NCBI RefSeq assembly: GCF_044704955.1
Contig: NC_091999.1
Location: 65,100,001-65,164,000, forward strand
Source: Pristiophorus japonicus
Lineage: Eukaryota
Direction: 5' to 3'
Length of the DNA stretch: 64,000 nt
In this document: piece by piece, positions 39,911 through 52,787 of the stretch
How positions within the stretch are numbered: position 1 is the first letter of the stretch
Layout: the number at the start of each line of letters is the position of its first letter
Notes under the pieces: generated by a model
Seen by the model: the letters and a program-made list of their open reading frames with translations, nothing else
What the model was told of the DNA's origin: nothing
The model's database searches: none
Program-made: the position numbers and the translations under genes

Positions 39911-41109
39911 GCACTCAAATGCCAAACTGGACATGGATTTTATTCAGAAGGGAAGAGCGAATGGTTCTAAGGCATCAATTTACAATAGCGTGATTCGTTC
40001 TCTGTGTGTGAGTGTGAACTTGCTGAAATCGCTTACAGTGCTCCAAAATATGAACTTTCAATTAGGTTATTTGAAAATAGAACATTAAAATTCGCTAATG
40101 TATACTGTATGAAACGGCATATAGTTGAGTGTAGCTGAATGTAGTAATTAGAAGTTATATTTCAATAGATATTGAGCCGTTCCTTGGTGTTAGCTCCATG
40201 CGATGCACCAGGGTTTTTAGGGTCCTGGGTGAGTTTCACGAAAATTAAACGAGTCATATCTAAAAAAACGGTATTTGCTTTGTATATAATTCTGTTATAT
40301 ATTTACTTTGGCACCTGTTCACCTGGACGTTTTTTTTATTTATCTGCGAAATTATTTCTACAATGAATGTAATGCATCTTTCAACGTGATAAAGATTCTC
40401 TGAAGAACTATACACCGTTAACAGGTTTGTACCTTTTGAGGTTATGTTGAACCCATTTGTTGAGTTCGAGTTTATTGCTGCTTTAACCTGGAGCGACAGT
40501 TTGCGGTCTGAGCAACGGCATTTCAATACAGGTGCACTTCCGGTTCCAACTGCAACTTCTGATCTCCAACTGACTCGAGACAGAAATGGGACTGAATGGA
40601 GCATTGAGCAATTCTAGGATGGTGAAGATGATTATGACGATGATGCATAATAAATTACCCAGACAATGCACAACACTAATGACACCACATTTGAAACACT
40701 CAGTTCATGTTTGTGACCTAATTATGAAGAGAATTGAATATAGATATATAAATTCATTAAGGCAAGACGCATATTACTGATGAAATGTGAAAAACTCGAG
40801 CTGTTTTTGAGCTACACAGATAATTAAATCTAGTGTTCGATATTAAGAAGAATATTTGAGTGCAAATAGTGCATGCTATTATGAGGGAAGACTTGATGGA
40901 GATATTTAAGATTTTAGCCACTGTGGAGAATTTGGATTTAGGGTGTCGCAGAGTTACAGGACTAGAGGACAAGAGTTAATGTTCAGTGTGTTGAAGGAAA
41001 GTGTGAATGTTTAATAACTTGTTTAATTAAAGGAACTTGCTGGGGGATGAAAGATAAAGCCATGTTAATATTTATAAGAAGGGTAAGAATTCATGTCAAT
41101 AAAGGAGAG

Positions 41110-44100
41110 ACATAACATCATAAGAAATAGGAGCTGGAGTAGGTCATTTGGCGCCTCGAGCCTGTTCCGCCATTTATTAAGATCATGGCTGATCTGATCA
41201 TGGACTCAGCTCCACTTCCCTACCCGCTCCTCATAAACCTTTATTCCATTACCGCACAAAAATCTGTCTATTTCCGCCTTAAATATATGAAATGACCCAG
41301 CCTCCACAGCTATCTGGGGCAGAAGATTCCATAGGTTTACAACTCTCTGAAAATAAATTGCGCCTCATCTCAAAGTTAAATCGGCGTCTACTTATTCTGA
41401 GATAATATCTGTAGTTTTAGTTTCCCCTATGAGTGGAAATATCCTCTCTGCATCCACCATGTCGAGCCCCATCTTTATCTTATATGTTTCAATAAAATCA
41501 CTTATAATTCCTCTCAACTCTAAGGAGTATAGGACCAACCTATCTACATAAGCCAACCCCCTCATCTCCAGCAGCGACCTAGTGAACCTTCGCTGACCAT
41601 CCTCCAATGCAAAAATATATTTAATTAAATACGGAGACCAAAACTGTACACAGTACTCGAGGTGTGCCCTTGTAAAGTTTTAGCAGGTCTTGTCTGATTT
41701 CATAATCCATTCCCTTGTAATAAAGGCCAACATTCTATTTGCCTTCCTGATTACTTGCTGTACCTGCATTCCAAGTTTTTGTGTTTAATGCACAAGGACC
41801 CCTAGAGCCCTCAGTACTGCAGCACTTTGCATATTTTTCTCCATTTAAATTATAATTTGCTTCTCCATTGTTGTGCCAAAGTGGATAACCTCGCGTTTTT
41901 TCACATTATACTCCACCTGCCAATGTTTTTCCCACTCACTTAGCCTTCCTATATCACTTTGCAGATTCTCTTTTGCCCTCCTCCCAATTTGCGTCCCCAC
42001 TCTTCTTTCTATCATCAGCAAACTTGGCTACATTACACTCCGTAATTCATCGAATTCATTAATATGGATTGTAAATAGTTGAGACCCCAGCACCGATGCC
42101 TGTGGGACCCCACTAGTTACTGTTTGCCAACCAGAACATGACTAATTTTTCCTGACTCTCTGTTTTATATTACATAGCCAATCCTCTATCCATGCTAATA
42201 CATTACCCCCAACCCTGTGAACTTTAAACTTGTTCAGTAACCTTTCATGTGGCACCTTAACGCATGCCTGTCTGGAAATCCAAATACAATACATCCACTA
42301 GTTCCCCCTCATCCACCCTCAAAGAACTCTCGCAAATTTGTTAAACATGATTTCCCTTTCATAAAACCATGCTGAATCTGCTTGATTGAATCATGCATTT
42401 CCATATGTCCTGCGACTGTATCCTTAATTGTGGACAACAGCATTTTCCAACGACAGATGTTAAGCTAACTGGTTTATAGATTGTTGAAGTCTGTCTTATT
42501 TTTAGACTGTGACCCCAGGATCTCGAATCCCCAGCCAGGCGAAACATACTCCCTGAATCTACAGTGTCAAACCCGGTAAGAATTTAGCATGTTTCAATGA
42601 GATCACCTCTCATTCTTCTAAACGCTAGACAACACAGGCCTAGTTAACTCAATCCCTCCTCATAGAACAGTCCCCCCATTCCAGGAATCAACATAAGCGC
42701 ATAAGAACTTGGAGCAGGAGTAGATCATACAGCCCCTCGAGACTGCTCCGCCATTTAATAAGATTATGGCTGATCCGATCAAGAACTCAGGTCCACTTTC
42801 CTGCCCACTCCCCATAACTCCATATATCCCTTATCGGTTAAGAAACTGTCTATCTCTGTGTTAAATTTATTCAATGATCCAGCTTCAACAGCTCACTGAG
42901 GCAGCGAATTCCACAGATTTACAACATTTTGAGAGAACAAATTCCTCCTCAGCTCAATTTTAAATGGGTGGCCCCTTATTGTAAGATTATTCCCCCAATC
43001 TGTAGTCTCCCCTCTCAGTGGAAACATCCTCCCGACATCAACATTTTCAAGACCCCTCATAATCTTATACGTTTCAATAAGATCACCTCTCATTCTGCTG
43101 AATTCCAATGAGTAGAGGCTCAACCTACTCAACCTTTCCTCATAATCAACTACCTCATCTCGGGAATCAACCGAGTGCACCTTCTCTGAACTGCCTCCAA
43201 AGCAAGTATATCCTTTCTTAAATATGTAAACCAAAATTGTACGCAGTATTTCAGGTGTGGTTTTACCAACACGCTGTATAACTGTAGCAAGATTTCTCTG
43301 CTTTTGTACTCCAACTCCATTGCAATTAACGCCAAGATACCTTTTGCCTTTCTGATCATTTGCTGTACCTGTATACTAACCTTTTGTGTTTCATACACCA
43401 GGACCCCAAGGTCCCGCTGTACTGCAGCATTTTTCAATTTTTATCCATTTAAGTGATAACTTGCTGTTCGATTTTTTTCTGCAAAAGTGCATAAACTCAC
43501 ACTTTCCAACATCATACTCCATCTGCCAAATTGTTCCCATTGATTTAGCCTGTCTATCGCCTTGTGCAGGTTTTTCTTGTCTTCCTCACACTATTCCCGC
43601 TAGTTCTAGACTCTCCACCCAGGGGAAATGACCTCTCAGAACCTAATCTGTCAAGTTCCCTCAGAATCTTTTACGATTCAATAAGATGCCCTTTCATTCT
43701 TTTAAACTCCGAAGAGTATAGACCTCTAAATACAGAGAATGTTATCAAGGAGAATTATTTACACAATTAGCTATTGAATAGATGTACTGATGCAAATAGT
43801 TACTAAAGATGCATTTAAGTGGAAGCTAGAAAAGCATTTGAGGGAGAAGGCAAAAGTTGATGATGCTGATAGAGTGATAGAGTTGGATGAGGAAGGACGG
43901 GGGGAGGTTCGAGTGGAGCATGAACGCTAACTTGGACTGGTTAGGCCGAATGGCCTATTGCTATGCTGTTTATTCTATGCAATTCGATATGAAGAGATTT
44001 AGGGATACATATAGTAATTAAATAAATGTATTTATGCAGATAGTTATTAAACTTTTGGAGTCCTCTGCCACAAGGCGTAGTTTTCTATTATAAATCTGTA

Positions 44101-45330
44101 AGCTGATGGCATTTTTAACAGAGAATACAGGACTATGGAGACAATGATTAGTTTAACAAGATTTGGATTACTGTCGCAAAGGCCTGCCACAAACTTGCAG
44201 GGCCGAATTGCATCGTTCAATATTGATGTGGAAGATGACCTACTTCAGAGCGGCAAACTTCAGGTGCTCTAAGGTTCAAAGCAGAAGAGGTGCCAGTCTG
44301 CACTTCCCTCACGAAACCAAGAGCAGGTGTCGCAGCGATCTGCTTTACTTCGTTGGATTCGCAAGTCAGGACCTGACCCTCGATTAGCCTTTATGATTAC
44401 AGATAATATTACAACATTGGTGCGAGAGAATGTAGGCGAGGGAGCGCAATCAGCGCTCTGTGATTAGAAATGAGGAATAAAAGTGGACTAAAACTGTAAT
44501 GGGAGTTATATTCATCGGAGGTTAGAAGGATGAGAGGGGATCTCATTGAAACATATAACATTCCGAGGGGACTGAAGAGGTTAGATGCAGGAAGAATGTT
44601 CCCGATGTTGGGGATGTGCAAAACCAGGCGACACAGTTTAGGAATAAGGGGTAAGCCATTTAGGATTGAGATCAGGAGAAATTTTTTCACTCAGGGGGTT
44701 GTTAACCTGCGGAATGCTCTACCGCAGGTTTGTTGATGCCAGTTCATTGGATATATTCAAGAGGGAGTGAGATATGGCCCATATGGCTAAAGGGATCAAG
44801 GGGTATGGAGAGAAAGCAGGAAAAGGTTAATGAGGTGAATGTTCAGCATGATCTAGTTGAATGGTGGTGCAGGCTCGAAGGGCCGAATGCTCTGCTCCTG
44901 CACCTATTATCTATGAATCAATATGTCTTTTTCTGCAGGATCCTGATAACAGCAAATAATTGCCAGAATGCATTAATTCAGAAATTAGTGAGGCTTGTAG
45001 GAAAGGCAGAGTTGTTTTAATGGTATACATATTATATTTATATAAACTTGGAAGAGTAGAGTACTTCAAGCCTGAAAGATAGTGAATTTCTCGGTGCTTT
45101 CAAGATATTTTTGTTGAGCAATATGACATGCAACCAAGAGGAGTGCAGGCCAAACTAGATTTAATAAGGAGTAATGCACCAGAATTAATCAATCATCTAA
45201 CAGTAAGGGAACATTCAATCAACAGTGATCATGATACAATCGAACTCAATGTTACGTTTCAAATAAAGAACTGCAACACAGTTAACAAGATTCTACGTTG
45301 GGTGAGGGTAAAACTGAACAACTAATGCAA
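41110..45330. mobile_element. Block of CR1 fragments (minus: 41110-43730; plus: 43780-45330)
   Basis: Repeated RMRGDLIETYK, LVKPHLKYCVQFW and RGKPFRIEIRRNFF motifs; cataagaa tails at ~41115 and ~42695. Confidence 0.85.
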
Positions 45331-45680
45331 AATGCTGCAGTTGCTATTTGAATTTGAAAAAAAGAAGCGCGCCAGCGCCTCCGTGTGTTTGGTATATATC
45401 AGAAGTAATTTCCTTTCTTGTCCCTCTGTTCTCTCAGTCGGTGAACACTGGCGCCGAATTCACTTTAATCCATAGATTTTTCAGGTAACTATGCACACGA
45501 AGGCTTCCATTTCACTCAACAGTCCTTGCCAGATGTTACTGATGTACGGCAGGCTTTAAATTGTCCTTAAATGTGGGAGCGCCATCTGTGTTGCCTCTGT
45601 GAACTGTGCGTTTGGATGGATATTCTGGTGTCCATCACGGTTACTTCTGGAGATCATGAATATATGGGCAGTCCTTTTCC

Positions 45681-46074
45681 CCGGGAGAAAATGAGTGAGG
45701 TGGAGTCTGCAGCAGGGAAGTTCACCCTTGGTGTGTACAGGGACCCGGTATGAGCAACATTTCTTGCGCAATTAATTATATTTGTAACTGTAATTATAAT
45801 TTATATGTTTAAAGATTCAAATAACTCCAACCCATTAGTGAAGAAACACAGACTATTATTCGTTGCCCTAAACAGCATGAGGCAACTGTTCTGTGTTATT
45901 GATCAAGATGAACATATATATAACGTCTATTATTTTAATTGAATTATTAATTGACAGAGTCGAATGATAGTGCAATTGCACCATTCACGAAGCGTAATCA
46001 TTGACCCGACTGACATAAGCACGGCTCTGGAGTTGGAACTATTATCTCAACCTGGTGGCCCATCAAATCAGTCA
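45681..46074 (+). repeat. Left arm of ~390-bp inverted repeat flanking V3
   Basis: Collinear with the reverse complement of 46987-47376. First 70 nt are 54/70 identical ungapped; shared blocks include tgaagaaacacagactatta, ctgttctgtgttattgat, acggctctggag and tcaaatcagtca. Confidence 0.93.
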
Positions 46075-46435
46075 TGGAAGCATCTCCTTAAACAGCAGCG
46101 AAGACTCGGATTAAAACATATCAGAACAAAACATGATACCAGGGAGCAGCGACTTCAATTCTATGGAGCGACGGGGAAGCCTGGAGTTTTACGCCTGAGA
46201 ACAGAGAACGTTCCAGGATGACGTAAAATAGGTTTTTGATGTTTTGAGTGCTTATTTATAGAGGAAATAAAAGGAAAATACAGCACATTTCAGGATCTCA
46301 GAACGTCCCAAAGTTGACAACATATTCCACAATTAAAGTCCATTTAGACGGAGTGCGCCGCCCACTGTGCCGTTATATGTGTAGGGGGAAGGTAGAAACG
46401 GGAAATTCACAAAACTGACAAGACCTGGCATTGGC

Positions 46436-46474
46436 AGTTTTTGTATCAGTGTCAAGAGTTCCTGTAACGCAGTG
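46436..46474 (-). promoter_or_regulatory. 23-spacer RSS of V3
   Basis: Minus strand CACTGCG (46474-46468), 23-nt spacer, ACAAAAACT (46444-46436). Confidence 0.9.
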
Positions 46475-46782
46475 CTACATAGCTGCGCAGTAATACATGG
46501 CGGAGTCAGACAGCTGGGTGGGTGTGATGTTCAAAGGGATGTTTTTGTTCATTCTGTCCTGTACGGCAGAAAACCGCTTTGCAAAGGCTGGTGCGTTCTC
46601 TTCATTCCCAGCAGTGTGTCTGACGAGCATGTACTGAAGGCCTTTTCCTGAGTACTGTACATACCAGAATAGGTTACCGGCTGTGTATGTGGCGGGGTAG
46701 TTACAGGGCAACACCGCCGTATCTCCTTCACTCACTGTTGCTGCTGAAGGCCCTTGGGAAAGTTCACCCTGTCGGCTGGGTG
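46475..46782 (-). CDS. TCR delta/alpha-type V gene segment, open V exon (V3)
   Basis: Acceptor atgtttgcag|CA CCC. Translation PSRQGELSQGPSAATVSEGDTAVLPCNYPATYTAGNLFWYVQYSGKGLQYMLVRHTAGNEENAPAFAKRFSAVQDRMNKNIPLNITPTQLSDSAMYYCAAM* has Cys23, WYVQ and DSAMYYC. The last germline codon is TAG. No intact leader found in 46783-46986. Confidence 0.92.
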
Positions 46783-46986
46783 CTGCAAACATTGAGGAGG
46801 ATATCAATTGAGTATTTAATGTGAATATGTTTTTTCTGAGAGCAAACATACAAACTCAGATACACATACACATAACTCACGCATTCAAACATCTCTCCCC
46901 TGATTCCGATATTAATTGCACTGCCAATGTGAAACAGAATGGGAAGGACCAAAGCTTTAGCACCTCATTGCGTTGATCGCAGGCTG

Positions 46987-47376
46987 TGACTGATTTGACG
47001 GGTCAGCAGGTTGAAGTTCCATCTCCAGAGCCGTACTGGTACCAGTCGGGTTAATGAAAGCGATTAGTGAATGTTGCAATCGCTCTGTCAGTTAATAGTT
47101 CCAGTTGAAATTACAGACTTTATACATGTTCATCTTAATCAATAACACAGAACAGATGCCCCTGGTGTTTCGGGCAGCGAGTAATAGTCTGTGTTTCTTC
47201 AATAAGAACTGATACCTTGTATTGGAATGATTCAAATCTATTACCGCATGAATGAAAATTAAAATTACAAATATAATTGACTTGTTGCAGGACATTCAGG
47301 TTCGCAGACCGGTTCCGTGTATAGAACAGGTGTGAGCTTCCCTAGTGCAGACACCGCCTCACACATTTTATCCCGA
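46987..47376 (-). repeat. Right arm of ~390-bp inverted repeat flanking V3 (occupies the expected V promoter position)
   Basis: Reverse complement aligns to 45681-46074 along its length. Confidence 0.93.
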
Positions 47377-48009
47377 GAAATCAATGTTCTCAATGTCTGA
47401 GAATAAGTGGGTTAGTATCTTGGTCCCGTTCCCGCTGGAAGATGCATCTCCGCGGACCTGCCATGCTTACAGTGACCGGCCATGTTGCATCTATTTGGAA
47501 TAATCTGCGGACACTCACTGACGGGTGGGTAAATCCCGCAGAACCGCACGTCAATTTGACACTGCCGTCAACAGTAGACACAATAAATATTAGAGAATAA
47601 ACAAAAGCCTCATTAATAACAAAAATATCTATTATAATCTCAAGAAAAACCTACCCGTTAGAACATTTAGGAAGAAAAGTACCGCATTGACAGGCACTGT
47701 TGTGATCCATAACGTACACTGTGAATTATGAGCCATATTCATGTTTTATTCCATGTACAAGTACCAGACTATACGGAGGTATAGGCTGCACATCCAAGAA
47801 GGTTATTATATCCGACTACCGCGATTGCATTTACAAGGACATGAATATAGGATTAATTGGCAATATGCAAATCACAGCTATCAGTTATCTCCACTGGGCG
47901 TCTCACAGAAGCCGATAGATCTGGTGTTGCAAAGGGCGGGACAGCCAAAAAAAAGTGAAGAAACTAGAACGGAGATCCAACTTCACAACGACAGCCAGCC
48001 CCGCGTCAG

Positions 48010-50905
48010 CATCGATGGGCACCAATCGCTATTGTTATTTGACGTGTGGCAACCACAATTCTTAGTTGATGGGCAGCAATGACCGGTGATATTTGATGGA
48101 CGTCAATCACCATTGTTATTTGATGGACACCAATGACCATTTTTGGTTCATGATCACCAATGACCATTGTTATTTGATGCACTCCAATGACCACTGTTAT
48201 TTGATGGGTTGCAATGACCATTGTTATTTGATGGACACCAATGACCATTATTATTTAATGGACACCAATTACCATTGTTATTTGATGGATTGCAATGACT
48301 AATATTATTTAATGGATAGCAATGACCATTGTTATTTAATGAACACCAATGACCATTGTTATTTGATGGACAGCAATGACCATTGTTTTTTCAGGACAGC
48401 AATGACCATTGTTTTTTCAGGACAGCAATGAACATTGTTATTTAATGAACACCAATGACCATTGGTCTTTGATGGACAGCAATGACCATTGTTATTTCAT
48501 GGACAGCAATGACCATTGTTATTTAATGAACACCAATGACCATTGTTATTTGATGGACAGCAATGATCATTGTTTTTTCAGGACAGCAATGAACATTATT
48601 ATTTAATGGACACCAATGACCATTGGTATTTGATGGATAGCAATGACCATTGTTATTTCATGGACAGCAATGACCATTGTTATTTAATGAACACCAATGG
48701 CCATTGGTATTTGATGGACAGCAATGACCATTGTTATTTAATGGACACCAATGGCCATTGTTAATTGATGGACACGAATGACCATTGCTATTTGATGGCA
48801 CCAATGGTCGTTCTTAATTGATGAACACCAATGACCATTGTTATTTAATGGGCAAATGGGCAGCATTGATCATTATTATTAGATGGACACCAATGAACAT
48901 TGTTATTTGATGGTCACCAATGACCATTGTTATTTGATGGACACCAATTACTATTGTTATTTAACGGGCAGCATTGACCATTGCTATTTGATAGGCAGCA
49001 TTTACAATTCTTATTTGATGGGCACAAGTGACCATTGTTATTTGATGGACAGAAATGACGATTGTTATTTGATGGACAGCAAAGACCAAAACTAATTAAT
49101 GGTCAACAATAACCATTGTTATTTGATGGACAGCAATGACCATTGTTATTTGTAGGACAGCAATGAGTACTGTTATTTAATGGACACCGTTAACAATTGT
49201 TGTTTGATGTGCAGCAATGACCATTTTTATTTGATGGACAGCATTGACCATTATTATTTAATTGACACCAATGACCATTGTTAATTGATAGACACCAATG
49301 AACATTGTTATTAGATGGACACCAATGACCATTGTTAATTGATGGACACGAATGAACATTGTTATTAGATGGACACCAATGAACATTGTTATTTGATGGG
49401 CAGTTTTTACAATTCTTATTTGATGGGCATCAGTGGCCATTGTTAATTGATGGACAGCAATGCCCATTGTTATTTGATGGACACCAATTTCAATTGTTAT
49501 TTGATGGACACCAATGACCATTGTAATTTGATGAACACCAATGTCCATTGTTATTTGATTAAGACCAATGACCATTGTTATTTGATGGACACCAATGACC
49601 ATTGTTATTTAGTGGACACCAATGACCATTGTTATTTGATGGACGCCAATAACCATTGTTATTTAATGTACATCAAAGACCATTGTTATTTAATGTACAG
49701 CATTGACAATTGTTATTTGATGTGTATCAATGTCCATTATTATTCGATGGACACCAACGATCATTGTTATTTAATTGGCAGCATTAACCATTGTTTTTTG
49801 ATGGGCACCAGTGACCATTGTTAATTGATGGGTAGCAATGAACATTGTCATTTGATGGACACCAAAAACAATTGTTATTTCATGTGCAGCAGTGATAATT
49901 GTTAATTGATGCATAGCAATGACCATTGTTATTTAATGGTCAGCATTGACCATTGTTGTTTAATGGGTAGCTTTGACCATTGTTATTTAGTGGCGACCAA
50001 TGACCATTGTTATTTGATGGATACCAATGGTCATTAATAAATAATGCACATTAATGTCCATTTTTATTTAATGGGCAGCAATGACCAATGTTATTTAATG
50101 GGCAGCAATGACCATTGTTATTTGATGGACGCCAATCACCATTGTTATTTGATGGACACCAAAGAACTTGTAATTTGTTGTACACCAGCGACCATTGTTA
50201 TTTGGTGGACACTAATGACCATTTTTATTTGATGAACACCAATGACCAAAATTATTTAAATATCCCCAGTGACCATTATTAGTTGATGGACACCAATGAC
50301 CGGTGTTATTTGTTGAACACCAATGACCATTGTAATTTGTTGTACACTAATGAAATTGTATTTTGATGGATACCAGTGACCATTGTTATTTGATGGTCAC
50401 TAATGACCATTGTTATTTGATAAACACCAATGACCAAAATTAATTAAAAGTCACCAATGACCATTGTTATTTGAAGGACACCAATGACCATTATTATTTG
50501 ATGGCCACCAATGACCATTGTTATTTGATTGACAGCAATGACCATTGTTATTTAATGGACACCAAGGACCCTTGTTATTTGATCGACACCAATGACCATT
50601 GTTATTTAATGAACACCAATGAGCATTGTTAATCGATGGACTCCAATGATCATTGATATTTGATGGACACCAATGACCATTGTTATTTGATGGACACCAA
50701 TGACCATTGCTTTTTGATGGACCCCAATGACCATTGTTATTTGATGAACACCAGTGATATGTCTTATTTGATGGACACCAATGACCATTGTTATTTGATG
50801 ACCAACAATGACCATTGTTATTAATTGTCACGAATGATCATTGTTATTTGATGGACACCAGTGCCATTTGTTATTTGATGGACAGCAATGACCATATGTT
50901 ATTTA
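48010..50905. repeat. 27-bp tandem satellite, ~2.9 kb (~100 copies)
   Basis: Unit atggacaccaatgaccattgttatttg; MDTNDHCYL 9-aa periodicity. Confidence 0.97.
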
Positions 50906-50909
50906 AGAA

Positions 50910-52075
50910 CAAAATAACATAAGAAATACGAACAAGTCTCGGCCATACGGCCACTCGAGCTTGCTCCGGCTTTCAATAAGATCTTGACTGATCTGATCAT
51001 TGACTCAACTCCACTTCCCTACCCGCTCCCCATAACCCCTTATCCCATTATCGGTTAAGAAACAGTATATTTCGGTCCGAAATGTATTCAATTTCCCAGC
51101 TTCCACAGATCTCTGAGGCAGCGAGTTCCATAGATTAGCAACCCTCTCGGACAAACTATTTCTCCTCATCTTTGTTTTAAATGTGCGTCCTCTTATTCTG
51201 AAATCATGCCCCCTAGTTCTAATCTCCCTTATCAATGGAAACACCCTCTCTGTATCCACCTTCTCAAACCCCCTCATAATCTTATACACTTCGATCAGAT
51301 CACCTCTCATTATTCTGAATTCCAATGAGTAGAGGCCCAAACTACTCAATGTTCCTCATCTGTCAACACCCTCAGCAGAATCAACCCAGTGAACTTCTCT
51401 GAACTGCCTCCAAAACAACTATATGCTTTCGTAAAATATGGAAACTAAAACTGCACGCAATATTGCTGGTGTGGTGTCATCAATATCTTGCATAGCTGTA
51501 GAAAGTATTCCATCCTTTTATACTCATCCTCTTTGCAGCAACGGCGAAGATACCATTGGTCTTCCTGATCACATGCTCTACCTGCATACTCTCTTTTTGC
51601 GTTTCATGCACAAGTACTACCAGGTCCCGCTGTACTGCAGGACTTTGCAATCTTTCTGCAATTACCTTTTATCTTCTTCTTTGATTTCTTCTTCCAAATT
51701 CATGACCTCACACTTCCCAACATTATAATTCATCTGCCAAATGTTTGCCCACTCACTTAACCTGTCTATGTCCTTTTGCACATTTTTTGTGTCCTCGTCA
51801 CACATTTCATTTCCACCCATCTTTGTATCCTCAGAAAACTTGGCTACGTTACAATCAGTCCCTTCTTCCTAGTCGTTAATATCGATTGTAAATAGTTGGG
51901 GTCCCAGCACTGATCCCTACGGCACCCCACTCGTTACTGGTTGACAAACAGAATAAACCTTTTATTCCACCTCTCGGCTCTCTGTGAGTTAGCCAATCCT
52001 CTATCCATGCTAATATATCACCCCCAACCCCGCGAACTTTTATCTTGAACAGTAACCTTTTAAGTGTCACCTTCC
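50910..52075 (-). mobile_element. CR1 RT-3'UTR fragment
   Basis: aacataagaa tail; LGLYSLEFRIMRGDLIEVYK. Confidence 0.88.
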
Positions 52076-52787
52076 TTCTGCTCTGGTCTCTGGACCGTGG
52101 ATTTTGTATATTCCCCGTCGCCATTTACTTCATGTTTTTGCAGACTTTGAAGATGGTCAGACATTGTATAACTATGCCATTTTCTCAGGATGTTTACTGT
52201 AATCATATTCTATACTGGGCATATCAAAAGAGGTAATCCGCTTCATCTTGCCTTTGCCAGCTCTTGGTGGAGCTGTCCAATTCGTCCCACTATCCTGCTT
52301 TTTCCTTGTGGACAGCAATATTAAACAAACACTTTAATTCGGAGCGTGATGAACAGGGGTCGAGAGTCAGAAACATGAATCCTTGTACGGACATTGGAGC
52401 TTGTGAGAATTTCAAAATAATGTATGTGTTTTGGGTGAAGGAACAGCTTTGTGGGGACATGGAAGCCATTTCAGTAGTTTTGATAAAATAAATAGGGACA
52501 ATCATTTTCCTGTGGCAGGAGGTGGATAACCAAAGAACACGTTTAAATTAATTGTTTAAAAACAGTGGCGGGATGAGATTTAATTTTTCACACTGCGAGT
52601 TGTTGTGATCTGGAATGAACTGCCTGAAAGGGTGGTGGAAGCAGATTCAATCGTAACTTTAGAAATAATTTGCAGAGCGATGGTGGCAGAATGGAATGAA
52701 TTAACAGCTCTTTCAAACAGCCGGCACTGGCACGATGGGACAAACAATGCTAAATTATATTATGATATTGCTGCAGGGTTATGTCGA

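Noticed and set aside
40405-40460. J-like KGTNLLTV in ORF 40260-40604
   Set aside because: No FGxG, no RSS, no splice donor.
45480-45771. Possible fourth, degenerate V exon on the minus strand
   Set aside because: Lacks WYxQ/YYC and an RSS; part of it is the left inverted-repeat arm.
46363-46369. Perfect heptamer (CACAGTG on the minus strand) downstream of V3, suggesting a D segment
   Set aside because: No acceptable nonamer at 12 or 23 nt on either side.
47092-47581. Signal-peptide-like ORF (MSCNKSIIFVILIF) and IgV-like GSVKLTC ORF
   Set aside because: Donor phases are incompatible with the V3 acceptor, the first lies within the repeat arm, and the second lacks other V hallmarks.
48006-50831. 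Cys/His-rich repetitive ORFs (MDTNDHCYL)n, or a CRISPR-like array
   Set aside because: Translation artefacts of a 27-bp satellite with frequent stops and indels; no unique spacers; eukaryotic context.
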